From the NCBI GenBank assembly GCA_049294275.1, contig JBAQCQ010000053.1, positions 10,971 to 74,970 on the forward strand: a DNA stretch of 64,000 nt. Direction: 5' to 3'. The translations under genes and the position numbers were made by a program. The notes beneath the pieces are model-generated. The model saw only the letters and a program-made list of their open reading frames with translations. It made no database searches and was not told where the DNA came from. Of the stretch, positions 55,744 to 64,000 are shown piece after piece. Within the stretch, counting starts at the first letter, position 1, and every line of letters starts with the position of its first letter. This DNA comes from Bacteroidales bacterium. Lineage in GTDB: Bacteria > Bacteroidota > Bacteroidia > Bacteroidales > VadinHA17.

Positions 55744-58560
55744 TTATTTTGATCCTGAATCGAGTTCGTAGTTATAAATGTATGTGTCGTTTTCATTTAC
55801 AATAATGTTCCATGAGTTCCTGTTGACAACCCTCCCGAGGGTGTACCATGGCCCTGCCCTGCGAGGGAATCCCGGAACGGAGCTCCCGCTCTTCCCGATC
55901 ATATGGATCATCTTACGTCCGTTGTCGAAGACTGCCGTTCTTCTCTCCCCGGATCCCGTGCTGAAGACGGCAGGGCCTGTGAGCTGTTCTGATTCAAAGG
56001 AGCAGGCGTACATTTCGTTTCCTTTGCTGTCATATGTCCGCAGCATGCCATGGTCAAGAAAGAGGATGTCAATGCTGCCGTCACCGTCAAGATCGGAGAA
56101 TTCAGTCCGGTGGCCGGCAGAAAAGGTGCTTATAGTGTCTCTCTTCACCGTGCCGTCGAAAAGAAGTCGTACGACGGTGCCGTCAGGAGCTGAAAAGATT
56201 ATTGCCGGTTCGTCATCGTCCGTAAGTCGGGCCGCTGATCCCGCCGCCTTGCGGAGGGGTTCCTGGTGAGCCACCCTGATGTTCCCCGTTCGGTCCAGGA
56301 CATAAACAGCCTGGTCATCAGCCACGAAGAGATAGTCTTTTCCCCTGACCCTGAAGAACGATACCGGGTCACTGACCCTGCCGCGGGTGGTGAAGAGATT
56401 CCAACCTCTCACAGGAGTACCGGAACGGTCATATGCATATATCTTTTTGTCCTCACCGGCAATGAAGAGCCGGTAATCCCTGTTGTTCTCATAGTCGAAC
56501 ACGGCAAGGGTGTTTGATGCCGGTGATCTCATCTTCACCGGGTATTTGTCGACGTAATTGCCGTTACGGTCAATGAGATGCAGATAATCCTTACCCGCAA
56601 AGAGAAGCTGGTTCTTGCCGTTCCTGTAATAATCGACCATATAGATATCCCCGGTAATCCTCTCCCTTATGGAGCCCTTCCAGAGGATCTTGCCTGATGC
56701 GCTTATGAGGTATATGTTGTTCTTCTGATCCTGGATGAAAATTTCAGTTGCTCCTGTGTTGTGGTTCAGGAAGAGAAACGGTCTGACTGCGGGATCGGCC
56801 TCGAGCTTCACCTTCCACAGCAGCTTCAGGGCTGAGGATGCCGGTGATTCGGTTGCCGTAGCAGCTGTGTCAGTCGCGGCTGAAGCACCGGCGGTCAATC
56901 CGGTGTCGCTGGCCGGGGCATCTGATGCAAGATTGTCCGGCTGATCCTCCCTGTCTCTGTACCGCACCGAAAGACTTGTATAGATCATCCCGTTGCTAGG
57001 AGTGAGACTTATGCCCACCCCGCCTATCCCTGACAGTGCAGCGGGTATCAGCCCGGCCTTTGCTTCAGGTGTCAGCACCCGGCTCAGAAGGGAGCCGAGC
57101 ACATCTCCCGAAGAATAAAACAGATAGGAGCTTTTCGTCGGCATCGTCCTTTCCATCTCCCTGAACTCCGGGTCATTGATCATGGTGTTTTCATTGTCTG
57201 ATTCCCTCTTTACCGATGCCAGTGCCTCAGGTGATCCGGAGAAGATCATATATGACCTGGCGAAGGTCACCCATTCATCATCGCCACTGTTGCCGGTCTC
57301 GCCTGCCAGTATTGAAGCCACGCCGGTGAATGGCATCTTGTAGAGTACCGCCTCGGTGCCGTCGCTGCTGCGGGCCGATGCCACAAAATGATTCTCCCGG
57401 AGTCCCATTGACCTGTATTTGGCTGTGAGTCTCTCCCTGAGCACATTCTCAGCCGACTGGCGGTCCGTCATCCTGAAGACTCTCACCCTGGCCTCTTCTG
57501 TTCCGGCAGGCACACGGGCATCGGTCACTTCTGTTCCTGTAAAGGGGCTCAGTATCAATGCCAGGTCAGTGGCATTGATTGATGCCGGGTCTGTCGCTGT
57601 TTCTCCCATCATCGATGCCCTGTGCATGACAGTCCTGTAGCTGAGGGTTCCCTGCGGCAGCAATTCATTGACACCGCACTCTGCAGGCGCTACGTTCATC
57701 AGGCGGTCAGCCCCCAGACCTGCTCCGGCGGTGGTCAGAAATCCGCTGACGCAAAGCCCCTCCTCTGAAGTACTGAGGTCGCCGCCTCCGGCAATTGCCA
57801 CCGAGGTTATTGCAGCAATATCTTCGGGATCAATGAATGATTTCATGAAGCCGGGCAGATTCCTGAAGAGCAGGTATACATTGTCGGCATCTTTTCCTGA
57901 GGCATTGACCACAGGGGCAAAACCCTGCTGATGACGGATGTCAGAGCCTGCGCTTTTGTTGTCAAGGGCTGCCGAGACAAGATTTTCGGATGTTGAAATG
58001 ATAACGATGCCTGAGGTGAGGGCAATGCTGACCGATGTCCGGCTGTTGCCCTTTCCGTATGTTACTGTGTATGTCCTTGTGCCTCCAAGGTCCCTGCTCT
58101 CCGTCACCGCTGCACCTGACTGGACGCACAGGCTGGCAAGACGCCTCGGCGTCAGCGCTGTCCCCCCGCTCATGACCGCCATCGGAGTGATGCGGCCCTG
58201 TCCTTCCATATGAAAGGAGATGATGACCCTTCTTCCGCTTATAATCGCGCGCACCTCCGGGGTTCCCGTGATACTGTCAACCTCAGAGGCGGCGCGTATC
58301 ACCGAAGCAGCCCACTGCATCGCAGAGAGCCGTGACATCATCCCGGCCGGATCGGTAGTCCGGGTCAGCAACTCCGGGAAGTCGTTCGTTTCCACAATGA
58401 AGAAGGCATCCGAGGGCACTGCCACCCATGGATCAACGACCACCACCTGCTTGTCCTTTCTTATGAAAAAGGCAGCCACGGCCAATGCCAGAGCAAACAA
58501 ACCTACCAGTAAGATCGCGGTTCTCCTGTGCACTATTTTGAGGTTTCTATCTATTCTCAA
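55744..58560 (-). CDS. Large membrane-anchored protein with a C-terminal beta-propeller, function unknown
   Basis: 938 aa from the track's TTG at 58560. An alternative GTG at 58533 sits 24 nt after a TAnnTTTG box. It has the N-terminal anchor RRTAILLVGLFALALAVAAFFI, an Ala/Thr/Ser linker, six or more Y-x-x-D-x-x-G blade-like repeats, and DLDGDGSIDILF. Confidence 0.65.
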   Translation of the reverse strand: MRIDRNLKIVHRRTAILLVGLFALALAVAAFFIRKDKQVVVVDPWVAVPSDAFFIVETNDFPELLTRTTDPAGMMSRLSAMQWAASVIRAASEVDSITGTPEVRAIISGRRVIISFHMEGQGRITPMAVMSGGTALTPRRLASLCVQSGAAVTESRDLGGTRTYTVTYGKGNSRTSVSIALTSGIVIISTSENLVSAALDNKSAGSDIRHQQGFAPVVNASGKDADNVYLLFRNLPGFMKSFIDPEDIAAITSVAIAGGGDLSTSEEGLCVSGFLTTAGAGLGADRLMNVAPAECGVNELLPQGTLSYRTVMHRASMMGETATDPASINATDLALILSPFTGTEVTDARVPAGTEEARVRVFRMTDRQSAENVLRERLTAKYRSMGLRENHFVASARSSDGTEAVLYKMPFTGVASILAGETGNSGDDEWVTFARSYMIFSGSPEALASVKRESDNENTMINDPEFREMERTMPTKSSYLFYSSGDVLGSLLSRVLTPEAKAGLIPAALSGIGGVGISLTPSNGMIYTSLSVRYRDREDQPDNLASDAPASDTGLTAGASAATDTAATATESPASSALKLLWKVKLEADPAVRPFLFLNHNTGATEIFIQDQKNNIYLISASGKILWKGSIRERITGDIYMVDYYRNGKNQLLFAGKDYLHLIDRNGNYVDKYPVKMRSPASNTLAVFDYENNRDYRLFIAGEDKKIYAYDRSGTPVRGWNLFTTRGRVSDPVSFFRVRGKDYLFVADDQAVYVLDRTGNIRVAHQEPLRKAAGSAARLTDDDEPAIIFSAPDGTVVRLLFDGTVKRDTISTFSAGHRTEFSDLDGDGSIDILFLDHGMLRTYDSKGNEMYACSFESEQLTGPAVFSTGSGERRTAVFDNGRKMIHMIGKSGSSVPGFPRRAGPWYTLGRVVNRNSWNIIVNENDTYIYNYELDSGSK

Positions 58561-58565
58561 AAATA
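58558..58565 (-). promoter_or_regulatory. -7 box candidate for the 938-aa protein / barrel operon
   Basis: TATTTTTG on the minus strand. It overlaps the track's TTG start and lies 24 nt before the in-frame GTG at 58533. Confidence 0.3.
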
Positions 58566-58695
58566 TAAAATATTAATTTGCCCGTGCAAAAGAGTTTGAC
58601 CAGGGTTTCCGGAGAAAAATGCCGGAAAGCATGCTCATCAGTGCTATTTATGGAATGCTTTTTGTGCATCTGTCACCGTTCTTAACTTTTGACTA

Positions 58696-61101
58696 ATGAA
58701 GAGATTTTTGTTTCTGCTCCTTTTATTATTGCCTGTTCTGGCGCTGAACGCGCAGACTGTCACCGTTCTTTCAACGGAAGACGGCAAGCCTGTTGCTGAC
58801 GTAGCCGTCTACAATGAGGCACGCACCCAGTTTTGCTATACCAGTCCTGCCGGCAAGGCCAGCCTCTCAGGATTCAGGGCAGGACAGCCTGTCTATTTTC
58901 AGCACTTCTCATACGAGAGGGTCTCATTCACTCCCGAGGAGCTCAGGGAGTCCGGGTGGGTTGTCAGGCTGGTGACAAAGACATTTGAGGTTGAGGAGTT
59001 CATAGTCTCGGCAAACAGATGGGAACAGAAATCCGATGAAGTGCCGAACTACATCAGTACAATCGCCCTTCCTTCTGTCAGGATACAGAACCCTCAGACG
59101 GCAGCTGACCTCGTCTCGCTGGGAGGCGATGTCTTCGTCCAGAAGAGCCAGCTGGGTGGCGGCAGCCCCATGCTCAGGGGATTTGCCACAAACAGGGTTT
59201 TGATAAATATTGACGGCGTCAGGATGAACAATGCCATATACCGCGAGGGAAATATCCAGAACGTCATCTCGCTCGATCCGTCTGTGATAGAACGCACAGA
59301 GATAATCTTCGGGCCCGGCGCCACCATGTACGGCAGCGATGCACTCGGCGGAGTGATGGATTTCCACACCAAAGGAGCCCTCTTTTCCACGGGAGATTCC
59401 GTCTACGTGAAGGCAGAGGCCATGGCACGGTACTCGACAGCCGCACGCGAGCAGACGTACCACGCAGATGTCAATATCGGTGGACGCAGGATGGCTTTCT
59501 TATCCTCGGTGACCTGGTCCGACTACGGTGACCTGGTGATGGGATCGAGGTCCCACCACGAATACCTGCGCAACGAATACCAGACCCGTATCGGCGGAAG
59601 AGACACGGTGGTGATGAATGAAAATCCGCGTAAACAGGTTGCCACCGGCTATTCGCAACTCAATACCATGAACAAACTGCGCTTCAAGGCAGGGAAGGAC
59701 TTCGACATTGATCTGGCCCACCATTACTCGCATCTTTCAGACGTACCCAGGTATGACAGGCTGATACAGGTGAAGAACAGCACCCTGAGATACGGCGACT
59801 GGTTTTACGGTCCCCAGATATGGATGATGACCAACTCCACAGTCAGGTACAACAAGCCGTCGGCTGCATTTGACGAGGCCCGTCTGACGGTTGCGAGGCA
59901 GGATTACCGCGAGAGCAGGCATGACAGAAAGATAAATGACGTCAGCCTGAACGAACAGACAGAAAAGGTAGGGATATGGTCAGTCAACCTCGACTTCGAC
60001 AAGACGCCGGAGAAAGAGAAAAGCCTCATCTATTACGGGGCTGAATATGTCCGGAACAACATCCGCAGTGATGCCGACATAAAGAACATAACCACCGGTG
60101 AGACAGTCCCCGCAGGTTCGCGTTATCCCAACGGCAGGAATATCTATAACAGCTTTGCCTTTTACGCAGGGTATAAATTTAACCTGGGCAGTAAGTTCAC
60201 CGTCAGCACAGGTGCAAGGTATAACTTCGTCTCCCTGAATTCGACCATAGCAGACAATTCATACTATAATTTCCCCTTCACCTCCATTCAGTCGGCCAAC
60301 AGTGCAGTGACCGGAGCTGCAGGCGCCGTATACAGGCCTGACGGGCGGACCGAGCTCACCTTAAACCTTTCGACGGGGTTCAGGGCCCCCAACCTCGATG
60401 ACCTCGGAAAAGTATTTGAGTCAGCTCCCGGTGTGATCGTGGTACCCAATCCTGACCTCAGGCCGGAATACCTCTGGAATGCTGATATAGGTGCAAGCAG
60501 GGAGATCGGCAAAATGCTGCTCGCCGGGGCATCCCTCTTTTACTCCTACCTTGACAATGCCATGGTTCGCCGTGAGTTCCTCTTCAACGGAGAGTCAACT
60601 ATCGAATACCAGGGAGAGGAAAGCAATGTCTACGCCATGGTCAACGCAGGCTATGCAATCATTTACGGCACGCAGATGAAGGCAGAACTGAGGCCGACGG
60701 CATTTCTCAGGATAAAATCATCACTGACCCTCACCGGGGGACACGACAACGACAAGGAGCCGCTGAGGCATATTCCCCCGGTCTTCGGAGCCACACATGT
60801 GATCTTTGAAAGGTCACTGGTGAAGGCAGATCTCTATGCTGTGTATAACGGGAGCATAACCTATGACAGGCTTGCGCCCAGTGAGAGAGACAAAGCATAC
60901 ATGTACGCCGCCGACTCTGACGGCAACCCCTGGTCACCCGGATGGTTCACCCTTAACTTCAAGACATTCTTCAATATCAGCAACAGGGTTGATCTTACCG
61001 CCGGTGTGGAAAACATACTTGACCTGCGCTACAGACCCTATTCATCCGGCATTGCTGCCCCGGGAATAAACTTCATCTTCTCGGCCAGGGTCAGGATCTG
61101 A
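58696..61101 (+). CDS. TonB-dependent receptor
   Basis: 801 aa with a signal peptide, a carboxypeptidase-regulatory-like N-domain, the plug motif LGGGSPMLRGFATNRVLINIDGVRMNN, and a long barrel. Confidence 0.88.
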   Translation: MKRFLFLLLLLLPVLALNAQTVTVLSTEDGKPVADVAVYNEARTQFCYTSPAGKASLSGFRAGQPVYFQHFSYERVSFTPEELRESGWVVRLVTKTFEVEEFIVSANRWEQKSDEVPNYISTIALPSVRIQNPQTAADLVSLGGDVFVQKSQLGGGSPMLRGFATNRVLINIDGVRMNNAIYREGNIQNVISLDPSVIERTEIIFGPGATMYGSDALGGVMDFHTKGALFSTGDSVYVKAEAMARYSTAAREQTYHADVNIGGRRMAFLSSVTWSDYGDLVMGSRSHHEYLRNEYQTRIGGRDTVVMNENPRKQVATGYSQLNTMNKLRFKAGKDFDIDLAHHYSHLSDVPRYDRLIQVKNSTLRYGDWFYGPQIWMMTNSTVRYNKPSAAFDEARLTVARQDYRESRHDRKINDVSLNEQTEKVGIWSVNLDFDKTPEKEKSLIYYGAEYVRNNIRSDADIKNITTGETVPAGSRYPNGRNIYNSFAFYAGYKFNLGSKFTVSTGARYNFVSLNSTIADNSYYNFPFTSIQSANSAVTGAAGAVYRPDGRTELTLNLSTGFRAPNLDDLGKVFESAPGVIVVPNPDLRPEYLWNADIGASREIGKMLLAGASLFYSYLDNAMVRREFLFNGESTIEYQGEESNVYAMVNAGYAIIYGTQMKAELRPTAFLRIKSSLTLTGGHDNDKEPLRHIPPVFGATHVIFERSLVKADLYAVYNGSITYDRLAPSERDKAYMYAADSDGNPWSPGWFTLNFKTFFNISNRVDLTAGVENILDLRYRPYSSGIAAPGINFIFSARVRI

Positions 61102-61166
61102 TCACCCCCGAACCCGCCAGGATCAGGATCTGATCACCCCCGAACCCGCCAGGGTCAGGATCTGAC
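61085..61166. repeat. 32-bp tandem repeat x2.5 that duplicates the 3' end of the TonB-dependent receptor gene
   Basis: The copies are CCAGGGTCAGGATCTGATCACCCCCGAACCCG (61085-61116, containing stop TGA 61099-61101), CCAGGATCAGGATCTGATCACCCCCGAACCCG (61117-61148), and CCAGGGTCAGGATCTGA (61149-61165). Confidence 0.95.
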
Positions 61167-61218
61167 AAAACGGTAAGAACCGGGTATTAATCCGGGCTGT
61201 ATGTCATAATTTCCCCTG

Positions 61219-61232
61219 GGGCCTTCGGGCCC
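61219..61232 (+). terminator. Short GC hairpin with a TTCG loop downstream of the TonB-dependent receptor (weak terminator candidate)
   Basis: GGGCC-TTCG-GGCCC is followed by GTACTTTGCTTTTCC. It has a 5-bp stem and an interrupted T tract. Confidence 0.3.
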
Positions 61233-61291
61233 GTACTTTGCTTTTCCAAAAGATTTGACTAAATTTCAACCCTGTTCGAAAACCGAGGAAA

Positions 61292-62476
61292 ATGGCCGGC
61301 AATTTTCATCTTGCTGAGATAAAAAGCAAAAAGGAGATCAGGGAGTTTCATGATCTGCCGGCTTTTATAAACAGAGGCGACAGCAACTGGATCAAACCGC
61401 TCTTCAGGGATGTTGAGTCAATCTTCAGTCGCTCGGTAAACAGCCAGTTCCGAAACGGTGATGCAACCAGATGGCTGCTCCGCGACGGTTCCGGGAGGTG
61501 TGTCGGAAGGGTGGCTTCCTTCTACAGCAGGAAGATCGCGAATGCAGATCAGAAAACTGTAGGAGGAATGGGTTTCTTCGAATGCATCAACAATTACGAT
61601 GCAGCTGCAATGCTGTTTGACGCCTGTCGCAACTGGCTTGCCGGGAACGGCATGACTGTCATGGAGGGCCCGGTGAACTTCGGGGAGCGCGACCGCTGGT
61701 GGGGGCTGCTGGTCGACGGCTTCCTGCCTCCCAACTACTGCATGCCCTATAACCCGCCTTACTACAGAGAGCTGTTTGAAAAATACGGCTTCCGGAACTA
61801 CTTCGAACAGTATACCTACCATACACCCATCACCGACAGAAATCTCGACGAGGTAATCAGGGTCAAGGCCGAACGGATCTTCAACAATCACGACTACACC
61901 TTCAGGTACATGAATACGTCAGAGGCGAGGGAGATAGCCCGCAATTTCATGATTGTCTACAACAAGGGATGGGCACGTTTTCAGGGTGTCAAGACCATCA
62001 GCGAGAGGCACGCCAGGATGATTTTCAAAAGCTTCAGGCAGATACATGACGAGAAGCTCCTGTGGTTCGGCTTCTATAAGAATGAGCCGGTTTGCTTCTT
62101 CATCATGCTTCCTGAGGTCAACCAGATTGTCAGGCATCTCAACGGCAAACTCAACCATGTGGGCAGGCTGAAATTCCTGTGGTACAGGTATGTAAGAAGT
62201 GAGCTGACCAAGGCGTTCGGACTAATTTTCGGGATTGTGCCTGAGCACCAGCGCAAGGGGGTGGAAGGGGCTTTGATAATGTCATTCGCAAAGCTTGCGC
62301 TGTCCGAGAAGTTTCCGTATAAAGAGCTCGAATTCAACTGGATAGGCGATTTCAATCCCTCAATGATGCATCTCCTTGACCAGATTGGTGCAAAGATCAT
62401 AAAGACACACATAACCTACCGCTATCCCTTTGACAGGGGAGCTCCCTTCGAGCGCGCCCCGACAGTGAACGTATAG
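61292..62476 (+). CDS. GNAT-like acetyltransferase-fold protein, function unknown
   Basis: 394 aa with an acetyl-CoA motif-A-like HQRKGVEGAL near the C-terminal third. I recall a conserved Bacteroidota family of about 390 aa. Confidence 0.55.
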   Translation: MAGNFHLAEIKSKKEIREFHDLPAFINRGDSNWIKPLFRDVESIFSRSVNSQFRNGDATRWLLRDGSGRCVGRVASFYSRKIANADQKTVGGMGFFECINNYDAAAMLFDACRNWLAGNGMTVMEGPVNFGERDRWWGLLVDGFLPPNYCMPYNPPYYRELFEKYGFRNYFEQYTYHTPITDRNLDEVIRVKAERIFNNHDYTFRYMNTSEAREIARNFMIVYNKGWARFQGVKTISERHARMIFKSFRQIHDEKLLWFGFYKNEPVCFFIMLPEVNQIVRHLNGKLNHVGRLKFLWYRYVRSELTKAFGLIFGIVPEHQRKGVEGALIMSFAKLALSEKFPYKELEFNWIGDFNPSMMHLLDQIGAKIIKTHITYRYPFDRGAPFERAPTVNV

Positions 62477-62488
62477 CTTACGAAAATC

Positions 62489-63478
62489 TCAGAAAGGTCT
62501 GTAGCCGATTATCTCCCTCACCTCTTTGATTGTGGCAGAGGCGCTTGCCCTTGCCTTTTCGGCACCCTGTGCCACCACCCTGCCCAGGTAAACAGGGTCA
62601 TTGATGATCTCATTGATCCGGATCCTGATTGGCTCGGTGACCCTGATGATGTCCTCCGCCAGCTGCTTCTTCATGTCACCGTACCTTATCGCGCAGCTCG
62701 CATGCAGCTCACGGAAGTGCTTCACCGTCGATGGTGCTGAGACAGCTTCCATGATTGTAAAGAGATTCTTCACCGGTTCGGAGGGTACTGAGTTCTCCTT
62801 TTCGGGACCGGCATCAGTCACGGCTCTCATTACCTTCTTGCGTATTTCAGCCGGCGTATCGGCCAGGAAGATGCCGTTGCCCTCGCTCTTCCCCATCTTG
62901 CCTGTACCGTCAAGTCCCGGAATCTTTATAAGCTGTTTGCCGAAGTTATATGCTTCAGGCTCAGGGAAATACTCGACGCCGTATATGGTGTTGAAACGGC
63001 GTGCAAAGCGTCGGGTCATCTCAAGATGCTGCTCCTGATCCTTCCCTACAGGGACCTTGTGTGCCTTGTGAATAATGATGTCGGCGGCCATGAGTACCGG
63101 ATAGGTGAGAAGGCCGGCATTGATGTTGTCAGGGAGCTGGCGGATCTTTTCCTTGAATGATGTAGTGCGCTCCAGCTCCCCGACATATGCGTTCATGTTC
63201 AGGAGCAGGTAGAGCTCCGCAACCTGCGGCACATCGCTCTGAATGTATACCGTTGCCTTCCCGGGGTCAATGCCTGCCGCCAGGTATTCGGCCAGAACCT
63301 GGCGTATGTTGCCGTGAATGTCATCAGGATGTGGATGTGTGGTAAGTGAATGATAATCAGCAACAAAAAAATAACAGTTGTTCTCATCCTGCATCCTCAG
63401 GAAGTTCTTCAGTGCTCCGAAATAATTGCCCAGGTGAAGATTGCCGGTTGACCTTATGCCGCTTACTACAGTATCCAT
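62489..63478 (-). CDS. trpS: Tryptophan--tRNA ligase
   Basis: Start moved to ATG 63478 (MDTVVSGIRSTGNLHLGNYFGA). It has a KMGKS loop. A TAnnTTTG box lies inside the longer track ORF. Confidence 0.95.
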   Translation of the reverse strand: MDTVVSGIRSTGNLHLGNYFGALKNFLRMQDENNCYFFVADYHSLTTHPHPDDIHGNIRQVLAEYLAAGIDPGKATVYIQSDVPQVAELYLLLNMNAYVGELERTTSFKEKIRQLPDNINAGLLTYPVLMAADIIIHKAHKVPVGKDQEQHLEMTRRFARRFNTIYGVEYFPEPEAYNFGKQLIKIPGLDGTGKMGKSEGNGIFLADTPAEIRKKVMRAVTDAGPEKENSVPSEPVKNLFTIMEAVSAPSTVKHFRELHASCAIRYGDMKKQLAEDIIRVTEPIRIRINEIINDPVYLGRVVAQGAEKARASASATIKEVREIIGYRPF

Positions 63479-63498
63479 CAAAAATGCTTTTTCAGCGA

Positions 63499-63506
63499 CA
63501 AAAATA
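63499..63506 (-). promoter_or_regulatory. -7 box candidate for trpS
   Basis: TATTTTTG on the minus strand, with 20 nt to ATG 63478. Confidence 0.35.
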
Positions 63507-63691
63507 GGGATAATTAACGAATTTGGTCTCCCGGAGTCCTCTTTCAACGGATAGCCCCGCAGTCCTGTCACGGCTTCATCCGGCTTCCTGGCCTGAAACC
63601 GGCCGGACCATCTACTGGCTGCGGAACCTCAATTCCCGCTGCACTCCTTTCGGCCTTCGGGAACAAAAGCCTCCCGCTGCAACAATTTTTG

Positions 63692-63699
63692 TATTTTTG
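63692..63699 (+). promoter_or_regulatory. -7 box candidate for rbfA
   Basis: TATTTTTG, with 18 nt to ATG 63718. Confidence 0.35.
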
Positions 63700-63717
63700 C
63701 CGGGTAATTAATCCATT

Positions 63718-64000
63718 ATGGAATCAACACGGCAGAAGAAAGTTGCAAGACTGGTGCAGAAGGAGCTTGCAGAGATAATAATGCACCATGGCGGCGAGCT
63801 GGCACCCGGGAAGATGATCTCCGTGACCACGGTCCGCGTCAGCCCCGATCTCTCTCTTGCAAAGACCTATGTAAGCATCTTCCCTTCAGAGGGGTCTGCC
63901 CTGGTCCTCGCAGGATTGCGTAACAGCGTCCCGAAGCTGAGATTCGAACTCGGACAAAAGGTTCGCAACCAGCTCCGGATTATACCTGAGATAGCCTTCT
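63718..64000 (+). CDS. rbfA: Ribosome-binding factor A (3' end beyond the window)
   Basis: MESTRQKKVARLVQKELAEII, then VTTVRVSPDLSLAKTYVS, is the RbfA signature. The frame is open to the window end. Confidence 0.9.
   Translation, partial: MESTRQKKVARLVQKELAEIIMHHGGELAPGKMISVTTVRVSPDLSLAKTYVSIFPSEGSALVLAGLRNSVPKLRFELGQKVRNQLRIIPEIAF

Noticed and set aside
63523-63711. 62-aa ORF in the trpS-rbfA spacer
   Set aside because: It has a non-ATG start, a Pro/Ser/Arg-rich composition, and runs through the rbfA promoter box. I treat the region as a possible RNA or regulatory sequence instead.
1-64000. Search for a genomic island, mobile element, defence system or toxin-antitoxin module
   Set aside because: I recognised no integrase, transposase, recombinase, phage, restriction-modification, cas, reverse transcriptase or small paired-ORF modules, and no tRNA that could serve as an integration site. 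Gene content is core, and spacing is tight throughout.

Overview
This window reads as an ordinary chromosomal, mostly housekeeping segment of a Bacteroidota genome. The evidence is gene content, many lipobox lipoproteins, TAnnTTTG-type promoter boxes close to start codons, and GC of roughly 50-55% by eye. I call 53 protein-coding genes. I find no rRNA or tRNA, no CRISPR array, and no transposase, integrase or phage genes. The main theme is type IX secretion (T9SS) and gliding. There is a complete porP-gldK-gldL-gldM-gldN operon at 45.7-51.5 kb, a porW(sprE)-porX pair at 11.0-15.2 kb, and gldH at 8.1 kb. There is also a compact WbpE-D-B-A plus galE plus rfbB nucleotide-sugar module at 23.7-29.8 kb. 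The remaining genes are core functions: pgk, tpx, holB, trmB, apbC, tsaE, metG, glmS, panCD, radA, PBP1A, topA, manC, mlaEF, trpS and rbfA. I do not see a convincing new system such as defence, a mobile element or a toxin module. The items most worth a second look are listed here.
1. A minus-strand pair at 54.3-58.6 kb: a 938-aa membrane-anchored beta-propeller protein followed by an outer-membrane barrel whose N-terminus echoes PorP/SprF.
2. An arginase-fold protein with degenerate metal ligands directly upstream of the T9SS operon.
3. An imperfect palindromic intergenic element present at two convergent gene junctions (22.3 kb and 29.8 kb).
4. A terminator-like, alternatively pairing leader upstream of an uncharacterised hydrolase-ldcA operon.
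5. A codon-usage break in the 3' end of porP.
6. The glgA-like / DUF4270 / glmS / DUF4954 operon.
Several long N-terminal extensions in the ORF track were trimmed. The grounds were conserved N-termini, signal peptides, and promoter boxes that lie inside the extensions.
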